Assembly (NCBI GenBank): GCA_002686315.1
Contig: NZBO01000003.1
Coordinates: 1 to 46,773, forward strand
Length of the DNA: 46,773 bases
DNA from: an archaeon
GTDB taxonomy: Archaea > Nanobdellota > Nanobdellia > Woesearchaeales > GW2011-AR9
Direction: 5' to 3'
Shown here: positions 33,914 to 43,778 of the stretch, in pieces
Layout of the letters: every line of letters begins with the position of its first letter
Numbering within the stretch: position 1 is the first letter of the stretch
Position numbers and translations under genes: made by a program
The notes under the pieces: model-generated
Databases searched by the model: none
The model's input: only the letters and a program-made list of their open reading frames with translations
What the model was told of the DNA's origin: nothing

Positions 33914-34369
33914 ATGCATAACGCACATTTAAATGGATATCAACAACGTGTTCGTGCCGTTGTTCTTGAAGGGAAAACAACACTTCTCTATGGTCTTGAT
34001 AGAGCAACGATGGAAGGATGTGCAAGAGAAACAGCACGAGGGAAACCTATCACTGATTTCGCGTCTCTTGTAGGAATGAACCCTCACAATCTTACATCTC
34101 GTTTATCATGTTTAGAACGTGATACACGTGGTAGAATTGTGATCACAGATGTGTTTGGTGAAAGGGGACGATTCACACGTAATGATGTACGACGTACGTA
34201 TGAAGCAATGCGAGCACATAATTTTGAAGATGGTTCGTTGCGTCCACGTATACGTTTTTTACTATTTGCGTACACACCCGAATCAGATCTTCTTCAAACA
34301 CAATCAACACCGTACCATCCTTTAAATCCGAAACGAAAATGGTGTCAATGGGTTAACCTACAAACATAA
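33914..34369 (+). CDS. Hypothetical Arg-rich protein (151 aa), possible HTH
   Basis: TTTTTAAA (33883-33890) lies 23 nt upstream of the ATG. The segment ITDFASLVGMNPHNLTSRLSCLE looks like a helix-turn-helix. Confidence 0.5.
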   Translation: MHNAHLNGYQQRVRAVVLEGKTTLLYGLDRATMEGCARETARGKPITDFASLVGMNPHNLTSRLSCLERDTRGRIVITDVFGERGRFTRNDVRRTYEAMRAHNFEDGSLRPRIRFLLFAYTPESDLLQTQSTPYHPLNPKRKWCQWVNLQT

Positions 34370-34415
34370 CACATATAAACCAAAAAACAATCATTCTTCT
34401 TACAAAGAGGGTATT

Positions 34416-35945
34416 ATGGTTATTAAACAGAACGGATTGTTATGTATCACATCCACCAATGGAAGAGGGACAGGGTTTGCATTTAAAGTGAAAGATCTTG
34501 ACATGCAATCAGGCGGTCCAAACGTTGCGGTGCTGAACATTGACGATGCCAAGAAGTTAGATCTTCATTCTTCCGATCGTATCCTTGTACGAAATGGTGG
34601 TGGGGAAGTACCTTGTATTTTGAATGTTGCGGAAAGCAGTACAGCAGTTCCTCCTGGTAAAATAGGGTTATATGAAGAAGTTCTTGATGCACTTCATGTT
34701 AAAAAGAATCACAGGGTAACTGTCCATTTAACAGGGAAACCGGAATCTGTGAAACATATCCGTGCAAAATTACTTGGAAAAGAATTAACGTATAAAGAAA
34801 TTCTCCACATCATTCGTGATATAACGTGTGATCGGTTAACAAGTGTTGAAAAAACGTATTTTGTTGCGGCGGGGTTTGCGAAAGGATGGACGCCAAATGA
34901 AGTCGTGAACATGACGAAAGCGATGGTGAATACTGGTCAGAAAATCAAATTTGGTGGCGTGACGTTAGATAAACATTGCATTGGCGGTGTTCCAGGAAAC
35001 AGAACCACGATGATCGTCATTCCTATCATTGCTGCTGCTGGCTTTACTATTCCTAAAACGTCATCGAGAGCAATTACATCTCCAGCAGGAACAGCAGATA
35101 CCATGGAATGCCTTGCGAAAGTGGAGATGTCAGAGAAAAAGATACGTTCTGTCGTGAAAAAAACGAAAGCATGTATCGTGCACGGAGGGAGTATGCATCT
35201 CGCACCTGCGGATGATAAAATTATCGAAGTGGAACATCCTCTTTCAATCGATGCTGAGGGCCAATTATTAGCGTCTGTGATGGCAAAAAAATTCTCCGTT
35301 TCTGCGAATCATGTTCTTATTGATATTCCAATGGGACCTGAGGTGAAAGCGAAAACGAAGAAAGAGGCGAAACATTTGAAAAAAATGTTTGAACTTATTG
35401 GAAGAAAGTTAGGTATGGATGTGCGTGTGATACTTTCAGATGGCACGCAACCAATTGGCAATGGTATCGGCCCTTTGTTGGAAGCGGAAGACGTGATGTC
35501 TGTCCTACGGAACGATCCGCTTGCGCCACAAGACTTACGTGACAAGTCAGTCGTGATGGCAGGGATTTTACTTGAGATGGCAGGGAAACGAAATGGGCGT
35601 AAAGTTGCTATTGAAATTCTTAATTCTGGAAAAGCGTTACAGAAAATGAATGAGATTATCAAAGCGCAAGGGAAACAGAAACAGGTGCTTCTTGGCCAAC
35701 AGAGGTATAAAGTACGTGCGTCAAAACGAGGAACAATAACGAGTATCAGCAATAACATTATCGCGAAAGTTGCGCGAATTGCTGGTGCACCTACTGATAA
35801 AGGAGCAGGACTATTTCTTACAAAAAGGAGACTAGAAAAAGTGAGGAAAGGAGATGTACTCTACACAATTTATGCTCATTCAGAATTCAAGTTACAGTTG
35901 GCAAAAGAATTTGTACGAAAAAATAAAGGGTTTACAATTATCTAA
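34416..35945 (+). CDS. deoA: AMP phosphorylase (archaeal thymidine-phosphorylase family with an N-terminal extension)
   Basis: N-terminal ~85-aa extra domain (VKDLDMQSGGPNVAVLNIDDAKKLDLHSSDRILV), then a glycosyl-transferase family 3 core (DKHCIGGVPGNRTT, SSRAITSPAGTADT). Confidence 0.85.
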   Translation: MVIKQNGLLCITSTNGRGTGFAFKVKDLDMQSGGPNVAVLNIDDAKKLDLHSSDRILVRNGGGEVPCILNVAESSTAVPPGKIGLYEEVLDALHVKKNHRVTVHLTGKPESVKHIRAKLLGKELTYKEILHIIRDITCDRLTSVEKTYFVAAGFAKGWTPNEVVNMTKAMVNTGQKIKFGGVTLDKHCIGGVPGNRTTMIVIPIIAAAGFTIPKTSSRAITSPAGTADTMECLAKVEMSEKKIRSVVKKTKACIVHGGSMHLAPADDKIIEVEHPLSIDAEGQLLASVMAKKFSVSANHVLIDIPMGPEVKAKTKKEAKHLKKMFELIGRKLGMDVRVILSDGTQPIGNGIGPLLEAEDVMSVLRNDPLAPQDLRDKSVVMAGILLEMAGKRNGRKVAIEILNSGKALQKMNEIIKAQGKQKQVLLGQQRYKVRASKRGTITSISNNIIAKVARIAGAPTDKGAGLFLTKRRLEKVRKGDVLYTIYAHSEFKLQLAKEFVRKNKGFTII

Positions 35946-37899
35946 CCATTTTAAACTGAATTTTATATTTACTTGCGTCCTTTGTTGGATCTTCTAAATG
36001 ACTTTCAAGTACTCTAATTAACGAATCTTGGCTTTTCGCTTTACGTGCACGTTTCGCTAACTTTTTTTCTTTGAATGCATCATTTATCCATAACGCGAAT
36101 TCGTGGTTTTTCTTGTTTACATATTTGCTGAACACATTATCATCCATCTTTTTAAGTGCATGTAATAAATCTTGTTTACTCTTAAGCAATGTTCCGTCAG
36201 GTAATGTCATCATGTTATTTTCAAGTATATGTGGTCTTTTGAGAACTTTTCGATTGGAGAACCCGCTAAATAATCTGTTAAACGAGATTTTTTGGAAGAT
36301 AACTACCAAAACACCAGTCGCAATCACGTAGAACGCAAGCACCACTAAATCTGTTCTAAGAGAGCTAAACGATGCGCTAAATAACATTGATTTTTTAAAC
36401 ATTTCAGCACAGAGCATGAATGGATTAAATCGTAGTATTTCTCGTATTACGAGGGGAAAACTTTCAATAGGTAGAATTAAATTTGAGAGGAATAAGAACA
36501 AACTACCAATACTTATCGAGGCAATCGTTGTTCCTTCTTGCGTCTTAAAGACGTATCCAAGTAACGTTCCAAGAAGGATAAAAAAAGAGATACCAAAGAA
36601 CAGAATTGTTAGTGTTACTGCAGGATTGTTCATGACAGGAATTTCAAGGAAATACGATGCTGGAATAAAGACGACAATGAGCTGGAAAATGATCACGCTA
36701 ATGTTAGTGATATATCCTGCAAGAATATGTGAAAGTTCACTTGTTGGCGTTGTAAATGTTCTAAAAAAGGCCCGTGATTTCTTCTCCATAACAACAAGAG
36801 TTGAGGATAACATGATTCCGACAAATAAAATGATTAATGTTACAAAATACGGGAACATTAACGTTGATTGTTCTGAGATGGATGAAACTGGGTTGACGTT
36901 GATTTTAAATGGATTAATGATACTATCTGCGTTTGTAATTTCAAGTTGATTGATTTTCGCTTCAACTCGTGCAATACTGGCTTGCACTTCACTAACTCGT
37001 GTCGTAATTGTGTCAAGACCTTCCTTAACGGTCTTTGCAGAGGCAATGATACCTCCATCTCCCGATCCAACCTGTTCCGTAATCTGTGAAATTTTATCTT
37101 TAATTTCTTCTGCCGCATCTTTAATTTTGGTGGTCTCGGCAGCGGATGAATTTTTGAGTTTCTCGTGACTTGACTTAATATCAGTTGCATCAACACCTGC
37201 TGCTTCCGCACTACCAATGAATCCGTCTAAATCTGCAACAACTTTATCCACGTCTACTTGTAGTAGATCAATGGACGCACTGATTGTTTGCGCGTTACCT
37301 GTATTGGTATCAAGTCCATCCGCGATTTGTTCACTTCCTTGCTGGATTTGAGTTGCATGTTCACCGCTTGACGTCAATTTAGTGTTAATTTCATTAATTG
37401 CGGTTTTTTGAGAACCTACCTCTTCCTCTGTAATCTTAATTGTTTCAATAAGATTATTTGTTAATCCTAGTGTGATTTCATCTGATTTTACGGTGATGGA
37501 AGATCGTACAGACGAGACAATCGATTCTACTATGTTAATTCGTGATTGATCTACATGAAATGCAAGATCAAAGGTTTTATCATTACCAAGCACAAAATTG
37601 GGTGGAAAATGAATGCATAAATTCATTGTTTGAAGTCGAACGTGTTCAATACACTCATCGACACTGTCATAATATGTTATCGTGTAATCTCCTTTTTCTA
37701 ATTGAGTGATAAACTGTTCTGTTAACCCTTCTCGGTCGGGTGCAACAACGCCTACGCTGATTGAATAATCCTGCGTGTTTGAAAAAGCAACTGAAATGAG
37801 TGCAATGATAAGTAATGGACCTATAAGTACGACGAATGCTGACGATTTTGATCGTAGCAATACCTTGAAATTCTTCTTAATTATTTTCCACTGTTTCAT
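35938..37899 (-). CDS. ABC-2-type transporter permease with a large extracytoplasmic helical domain (YhgE/Pip-like) and a C-terminal soluble extension
   Basis: N-terminal TM segment, about 300 aa of Ser/Thr/Ala/Glu-rich helical region, five C-terminal TM segments, then about 110 aa of charged tail. Overlaps the upstream ATPase gene by 23 nt. Confidence 0.75.
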   Translation of the reverse strand: MKQWKIIKKNFKVLLRSKSSAFVVLIGPLLIIALISVAFSNTQDYSISVGVVAPDREGLTEQFITQLEKGDYTITYYDSVDECIEHVRLQTMNLCIHFPPNFVLGNDKTFDLAFHVDQSRINIVESIVSSVRSSITVKSDEITLGLTNNLIETIKITEEEVGSQKTAINEINTKLTSSGEHATQIQQGSEQIADGLDTNTGNAQTISASIDLLQVDVDKVVADLDGFIGSAEAAGVDATDIKSSHEKLKNSSAAETTKIKDAAEEIKDKISQITEQVGSGDGGIIASAKTVKEGLDTITTRVSEVQASIARVEAKINQLEITNADSIINPFKINVNPVSSISEQSTLMFPYFVTLIILFVGIMLSSTLVVMEKKSRAFFRTFTTPTSELSHILAGYITNISVIIFQLIVVFIPASYFLEIPVMNNPAVTLTILFFGISFFILLGTLLGYVFKTQEGTTIASISIGSLFLFLSNLILPIESFPLVIREILRFNPFMLCAEMFKKSMLFSASFSSLRTDLVVLAFYVIATGVLVVIFQKISFNRLFSGFSNRKVLKRPHILENNMMTLPDGTLLKSKQDLLHALKKMDDNVFSKYVNKKNHEFALWINDAFKEKKLAKRARKAKSQDSLIRVLESHLEDPTKDASKYKIQFKMVR

Positions 37900-39037
37900 T
37901 TTGTTGAGATTCCTTCATTCTTTTATCAATTTCATCCATTTGTGAGGATGTGAGTGCGGCTTTTTTCTTTCGTCGTAATTTCCGTTTTTGCGCTTTCTTT
38001 TTGACAGCAGCACGTTTTTCTTTCCGCTCTCGTTTTGCTGTTCTTCGTGTTGATTCAGTACTAATCATGATAAATGCTTGATCTAATTTAGGCTTGACAG
38101 ATTCAATGTTAAGAACATTTTCATTCATATCTTTCGCGATTGAAAGGAGAGCCGGTACAATGCAACCTTCCGTATTTGCACTAATTTCAAGTCGTTTATT
38201 TTTCATCTCGGCTTTCGTGATTGTTCCAGGACATGCTCGTTTAATTCTTGTTATGATCTTTTTATACATTCCAGGCGATGATTTCATGTAAATCATTTCT
38301 TTTGGTAAATTTTTACTCTTAATTTGTTCCGGATCGCCGAGAGCTCTTATTTTCCCGTCTTTGATAATGGCGACTCTATCACATAGTTGCTCAATTTCAA
38401 CGATGTGATGACTTGCAAGAATAATGGTGGTACCGCGCTGATTAATGATACGCAATAAATTCCATATCTTGTTTCCCATGACTGGGTCAAGATCAGCAGT
38501 CGGCTCGTCAAGGAATAAGATTTTAGGGTCATGAATTAAGGCACAGGCAATGTCTAACCGACGCGCCATACCGCCAGATAACTTTTTTGCGATAACATGC
38601 TGTGATTGTGTTAACCCAACAAGGTTCAGAAGATAGGTAATGTTTGAGGCAATTGATTCCTTTGGTAAATTGTAGAGTGCACCAAAATATTTCAAATTTT
38701 CGCCTACACTTAAATTAGGATAAAAACTGGGGTTCTGTGATGCGAATCCATAAATACGTTTCAATTCTTTTTGATGTTTATAGATAGACCTATATGATGC
38801 CGCATCATCAGCATTCAATAGATTAGAATTTCGAAATAAAATGTCGCCTTTATCAACTTTTAAGAATCCAACAAGTGAGTTAAGCATGGTTGATTTACCA
38901 CTTCCAGACGTTCCAATGATCCCAAAAATTTCACCTGCAAGAATTTCATAACTAATATCGTTAAGGACATATCTATCTCCAAAGACTTTTGATATGTTTT
39001 GTATCTTGTAAATTGTACTCTTTTTTTTAGGGGCCAC
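37877..39037 (-). CDS. ABC transporter ATP-binding protein with a strongly basic C-terminal tail
   Basis: Walker A GTSGSGKST, signature LSGGMARR and Walker B ILFLDEPT. C-terminal RRTAKRERKEKRAAVKKKAQKRKLRRKKKA. Confidence 0.9.
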   Translation of the reverse strand: MAPKKKSTIYKIQNISKVFGDRYVLNDISYEILAGEIFGIIGTSGSGKSTMLNSLVGFLKVDKGDILFRNSNLLNADDAASYRSIYKHQKELKRIYGFASQNPSFYPNLSVGENLKYFGALYNLPKESIASNITYLLNLVGLTQSQHVIAKKLSGGMARRLDIACALIHDPKILFLDEPTADLDPVMGNKIWNLLRIINQRGTTIILASHHIVEIEQLCDRVAIIKDGKIRALGDPEQIKSKNLPKEMIYMKSSPGMYKKIITRIKRACPGTITKAEMKNKRLEISANTEGCIVPALLSIAKDMNENVLNIESVKPKLDQAFIMISTESTRRTAKRERKEKRAAVKKKAQKRKLRRKKKAALTSSQMDEIDKRMKESQQNETVENN

Positions 39038-39094
39038 TACCTATTTGTACTTTTTTTCTGTTTATAAATATGTTTTACTTCTTAAGAATGGTTA

Positions 39095-39520
39095 CTAGTG
39101 TGTTCCCGTACTGCCAAACCCACCAGCTCCACGATTCGTATCATCTAATGATTCAACTTCAGTAACAGTAAATGATTCCACTTTTTTAATGAGCATTTGC
39201 GCGATTTTCATCCCTTTCTCGATCTTGAACGGTTCCTGTGTTGTATTATATAATGCAATCTTCACTTCGCCTCGATATCCCGCGTCAATCACACCTGCTA
39301 ACGTGGTAATACCAAACTTAACAGCCATACTACTTCGATCCCAGAACAATCCTGCATATCCTTGCGGAATGGCCATTGCGATACCAGTTGAAACACAGAC
39401 TCGCTCTTGTGGTGGAATGAACAGATCTTCGTCTGCGAACCAATCGTAGCCGGCATCTGTATTATGTGCCCTAATTGGGAGTTTTGCGGTTGGTGTAAGT
39501 CGTTTAATTTGCAAAATCAT
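39095..39520 (-). CDS. dut: dUTP diphosphatase (trimeric dUTPase)
   Basis: AGYDWFA, RSSMAVKFGI, AGVIDAGYRGE and a C-terminal RGAGGFGSTG. Confidence 0.9.
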   Translation of the reverse strand: MILQIKRLTPTAKLPIRAHNTDAGYDWFADEDLFIPPQERVCVSTGIAMAIPQGYAGLFWDRSSMAVKFGITTLAGVIDAGYRGEVKIALYNTTQEPFKIEKGMKIAQMLIKKVESFTVTEVESLDDTNRGAGGFGSTGTH

Positions 39521-39562
39521 AGAATCTCTTTTTGGTGATGAGTATTTAAGAATTATTATGCT

Positions 39563-40312
39563 CTAGAACTTCCGACAAAACACTAAAAATCCTGTATGTC
39601 CAAGCATATTAAATTCAGGTCTCATTATCCTACCGTCAATTTTCCATTTCCGCTCGATTAATTCGAGTGTTTCGATAACTTGTAACCCATCCCTACACGA
39701 ATCAATAAACATTTTTACTTGCGGTAAATTAGGTAAATACACAACTACATGCCCACCTTGCTTTAATGCACCACCTAGATGTTCAATAACTTGCCACGGC
39801 TCAGGTAAATCTAATGTAATTAGGTCGACATTCTTCTCTGCAATACCCTTATACACATTTTCTTGTTTCAAATCTAGGTTCGAAATACCAAACATTTTCA
39901 CATTTCGTTGTATGACATCATAATGTTCCGGGTTAATTTCGTAGACATGCACCTTTTTACATACGTTCGCTAAGGAAAGACATAACGATCCAGATCCACC
40001 GCCTGCATCCACGCAAATTGAATCCTTATTCACACCTGTCTTGGCAAGAATCATCCCAATATCTTTCTGAATCATCACCTGCGGTCCTCTCTTTAATCCG
40101 TCCCATAAATCGGGAAAGGTCGGCGTGACAACGGTAAATGCTTTTCCTTTATTCGATTTTACGACACCATCTTTCTTCATATCTTTTGAAGCAATACTAC
40201 CAGAAGCTGTATGAAATTCATCACTTAGATCTTTGACGTAATATTTCGTACCTGTTTTATGTTCAATGAGTACTTTCTTGATGGTGTGTCTCATAGTAAG
40301 TAAAGAATGCAA
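39563..40312 (-). CDS. trmI: tRNA (adenine-N1)-methyltransferase TrmI (GCD14 family)
   Basis: PQVMIQKDIGMILAKTGV, SAM motif VDAGGGSGSL and VDLITLDLPEPW. Confidence 0.85.
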   Translation of the reverse strand: MHSLLTMRHTIKKVLIEHKTGTKYYVKDLSDEFHTASGSIASKDMKKDGVVKSNKGKAFTVVTPTFPDLWDGLKRGPQVMIQKDIGMILAKTGVNKDSICVDAGGGSGSLCLSLANVCKKVHVYEINPEHYDVIQRNVKMFGISNLDLKQENVYKGIAEKNVDLITLDLPEPWQVIEHLGGALKQGGHVVVYLPNLPQVKMFIDSCRDGLQVIETLELIERKWKIDGRIMRPEFNMLGHTGFLVFCRKF

Positions 40313-40360
40313 TTTCTTTAAAAAACTATAGCAAAGAAAAAAAATATAAAAAATAAAAAT

Positions 40361-43300
40361 TTACTTACGTCGTAGCAATACTGCCATTGCAAGTAACATT
40401 GCAATGAAGGTTAACACAACTAATCCGCCAAGTAAGCCAACATACATGTTACTGTCACGGAAGGATGTAACAACTTTCTTGTTACTTGGTTGCTCCACTG
40501 CTTGTGCCTGCGCCGTTGATGCTTGCAACATTCTATTCAACTCTGCTTGCAGCTGTGCCACACGATCTTGTCCCGTGAACGAGTTTTGACCCTGCGATGC
40601 TGTTTGCGATGCTACTGGAGCACTTCCACCACATTCTGCAATGGTAAGTGTGACGGTTTCTGTTTCTTCATGGTCACCATCATTGTACAACTCAACATTG
40701 ATTGGGTAACTACCTGCTGGTTTTCCTGTAAAGTCAAGACGGAATGTTTCACGTTCGTCGTTGTTGTTATCTGTGTATTCTTCGATATCAATCTCATCTC
40801 GGACAAGATTTAACCCAAGTTCACTGTTTGTAACGCGAACTTCCACTTCATCTTCGCTACTTTCACCTTCATTCTTGATGATCACTTCAACATTTGTTTG
40901 TCGTGAACACTGCAATGAGGTTGCAGATAACGAGACTCGTGAGAACACAACTTTATGTCGTTCTAAGTCAAGTTTTCCTGTAAATGTTTCCACAGTTCTA
41001 TACTCAACATTGTTCTCGTCTTCACCAACAACTTCCACGATGACCTCAAACGTTTCTGAATCCATGTCTTCGCCGCTTAAATCAAATTCAATTTTGAAAT
41101 CTTGATCATCGCCAGCATCAACATCTTCCTCGTCGCTTGATTCGTCTTTATCATCACCATCAACGTCGATGGTAACAGTTACTTCAACATCTTCCAAATC
41201 AACTGCAAGATTGTTGGTAATCTCAACTTCAATGTCGGATGATTCACTAATAGAGAAATCATCGCCATCGTTTACTTCGAACTTCGTAATTTCAAGTAAA
41301 CTTTGCGTGTCGAGGAAAATCTCTGAACTGTCTTCAAGCGCTTCACCAGCATTCTCGCCCGTTACTTTAAGCGTACCAATGCTATGTCGTCCGCCATCTT
41401 CGTTCTCTGGAACGTCAATTTGTAATTGCACGGTTGTTGATGCGCCAGGTCCTAACGGATCTGCAAGGTTACCAACAATTGTTGCACCGTATTTCGCGTC
41501 AACATTTTCAAGCGCAATTGCAAGATTTGTAATTGCATCACTTGAACCTGTGTTTGTAACGGTTACGTCAACTGTTTGATCTTCTGCACCTAAGTTTACA
41601 TTATCGAACTCAATCGCACTTACTGATAATGCTGCTTCCTGTGCTTCGCCAACAACGTATTCACTAAACCCTGTTACGGTAAAGACAAATGTGCCTTCTG
41701 CAGGATCTGCAACAATTTCACAGACATTCGCTGCACACAATTCACCATCACGTGTAATGACTGGATTTTCAAACGTGTTTTGTAACGTGATTCGCGCTCT
41801 CTCGTTTAAACCAGGAGCTGTTTCTGAATCTACATTAACACTTGTGCTTGTAATTGTGACAACTGCGCTAAGATCCACAATTTCGGAAATGTCAACAGCA
41901 TTAAGCCATTCAATCTTTCCATTGTTGGTTTCAAGCGTAAATCCGTTCACGCTTGTTGGATCTGCCACAGCTGCAATCTCAGTTGTCTCATCGCCTGCAA
42001 AGGAATCTTCACCAAGTGGTCGATCGATGATGGTAACTTCCCACGTTCGTGAAATCTCTTCATCTTCTCCTTCGTTAACAAGAACTTTCAGTTCGTATGT
42101 TCCGACTTCTAATGGATCATCACCAGCTGCGCTTAGTGTGATATCTTCATTATTGTTATTCAAATCAACAGGATCATTGTTGCCATCAAGGTCACGTAAT
42201 GTCCATGTGTACTCTACTGCAATGTCATCGGGATTCTGTACTTCAACAGTAAACGTTTGTTCTTGCTGATCTTCGAAATGTGCGTGAAGTGTCACGTCAC
42301 CTGCTGGTGATACATCGCCAAACGCAAGTCCTTCATCTGCAAGTTGATTCACAACAATGTTAAATTGAACTGGTGTTTCGTCAATGCCATCGCTAACAAG
42401 AAGTGTGACACGTTCCGTCTCACCATCTGCACTGAAAAAGTTTGCGTCAGGTACGATTCGAAGTGTTGTACCATCTAATGAAGTACCTGATACATCTTCA
42501 TCAACTTCACCAAGTGCAAACAAGAGGTCATGACCTTCTACATCAGTAAACTGACCATCTAACTCAATTTCTAACGTTTCATCTTCATCAACATCATACT
42601 CTTCTAAAGGAAATCCAACAACTGCTTCCGGTGCACAATTTGCAACAGTAATGTCGATTGTTTCTGTTCCATAGACTCGAGGAGGTAAATGTGTATTAAA
42701 TGCACGGACAGTAAGCTGTTGATCTCCCGTCATGTTTTCAAGATTAAGCATCTGTGCAACTTGTAGTTCATCAACTCCATCGTCAAGCGTGACGTCACTT
42801 GTTACAAGAAGATCATCTCCATGTAACACTTGTACTGTCACATCTTGCGCTCCTGCAACTCCTGCATTTGCAAGATCTGTTCGAACTTGAATCTGCGCTT
42901 GTTTACGATCACACGTGATTGGCTGCTCAACATCAAGTGCTGTTGCAACTAACCGTATATCGTTTGGCCGAAGGTCGACATCTAAATCAATACTAATGGA
43001 TGATGTGTACTCGTGTCTGTCTAAATCAGCTCCACTTACACTAAAGGTAACACGATGTTGACCATCTTCTGTATCGAGAGGAATCTGGTATTGTAAATTG
43101 AATGTTTCTCTCTCGCCAGCGTTGAGGAATATTGGTCCATTGGGACCGTCAACGACTTCTGGAAAAGCCTCCCCTAATGCTTCGTCAGCTTGTGGCTCAA
43201 CTCCTACAGCGACAATAATAGGCTCTTCACCATTATCAATTAATTCGTGATGTTCTGCTGTATACTTATTTTGTACCGTAACTTGGAAGACTACTGTATC

Positions 43301-43756
43301 GCCTGGAACAAACTCTTCAGTTGTATTTCCGTCTTGGTATGCTACAAGATTTCCTCCTTGCTTCCCAACACGCAAGTCTACAACGTCAAGTACAGGGAGT
43401 ACGTTGATGGTAAAACTTGCATCGCTATTTTCATCGTCATCATTTACATCGATAACTCGTACCGTAACGTCTGCATTTTCTTCTCCTGCATCTGCCACTA
43501 TCCTGATTTCATCTCCGTTAACATTGACGTTTTCAAATCCTTCATCATCGGCTATTGTGAACCTAAATTCATCACCATCAGCGTCACTTCCAGTAACGGC
43601 GATAATTGTTTCTATTCCTTCAATTACATCAACTATAATTTCGTCTGCTACATCTTGGCCATCAATAGTTTCAATCACTGGTACATCTGCAAGTGCAGAC
43701 GTCATGCTTAAAACCATTACCATGATAAGCAATAATCCTTTGATTTTTTGTATCAT
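40361..43756 (-). CDS. Giant acidic cell-surface protein (1131 aa): signal peptide, multiple Ig/CARDB-like modules, C-terminal TM anchor
   Basis: N-terminal LLLIMVMVLSMTSALA, repetitive beta-rich D/E/T/V-rich modules, and C-terminal VGLLGGLVVLTFIAMLLAMAVLLRRK. Confidence 0.75.
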   Translation of the reverse strand: MIQKIKGLLLIMVMVLSMTSALADVPVIETIDGQDVADEIIVDVIEGIETIIAVTGSDADGDEFRFTIADDEGFENVNVNGDEIRIVADAGEENADVTVRVIDVNDDDENSDASFTINVLPVLDVVDLRVGKQGGNLVAYQDGNTTEEFVPGDTVVFQVTVQNKYTAEHHELIDNGEEPIIVAVGVEPQADEALGEAFPEVVDGPNGPIFLNAGERETFNLQYQIPLDTEDGQHRVTFSVSGADLDRHEYTSSISIDLDVDLRPNDIRLVATALDVEQPITCDRKQAQIQVRTDLANAGVAGAQDVTVQVLHGDDLLVTSDVTLDDGVDELQVAQMLNLENMTGDQQLTVRAFNTHLPPRVYGTETIDITVANCAPEAVVGFPLEEYDVDEDETLEIELDGQFTDVEGHDLLFALGEVDEDVSGTSLDGTTLRIVPDANFFSADGETERVTLLVSDGIDETPVQFNIVVNQLADEGLAFGDVSPAGDVTLHAHFEDQQEQTFTVEVQNPDDIAVEYTWTLRDLDGNNDPVDLNNNNEDITLSAAGDDPLEVGTYELKVLVNEGEDEEISRTWEVTIIDRPLGEDSFAGDETTEIAAVADPTSVNGFTLETNNGKIEWLNAVDISEIVDLSAVVTITSTSVNVDSETAPGLNERARITLQNTFENPVITRDGELCAANVCEIVADPAEGTFVFTVTGFSEYVVGEAQEAALSVSAIEFDNVNLGAEDQTVDVTVTNTGSSDAITNLAIALENVDAKYGATIVGNLADPLGPGASTTVQLQIDVPENEDGGRHSIGTLKVTGENAGEALEDSSEIFLDTQSLLEITKFEVNDGDDFSISESSDIEVEITNNLAVDLEDVEVTVTIDVDGDDKDESSDEEDVDAGDDQDFKIEFDLSGEDMDSETFEVIVEVVGEDENNVEYRTVETFTGKLDLERHKVVFSRVSLSATSLQCSRQTNVEVIIKNEGESSEDEVEVRVTNSELGLNLVRDEIDIEEYTDNNNDERETFRLDFTGKPAGSYPINVELYNDGDHEETETVTLTIAECGGSAPVASQTASQGQNSFTGQDRVAQLQAELNRMLQASTAQAQAVEQPSNKKVVTSFRDSNMYVGLLGGLVVLTFIAMLLAMAVLLRRK

Positions 43757-43778
43757 TTTGTTAGTCTCCCTATCTCTC

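Noticed and set aside
14902-34369. ORFs 14902-15552 and 33914-34369 as paralogues
   Set aside because: Only a short ...E....LL(L/F)AY... resemblance was found by eye, which is insufficient to claim homology.
41169-42269. Long + strand ORFs (136 and 192 aa, plus others at 40761-41105 and 43404-43793) antisense to the surface-protein genes
   Set aside because: They are Ser/Thr/Val-rich mirror images of the GAN-rich acidic coding strand. They have no promoter or SD and lie entirely inside strongly supported - strand genes.
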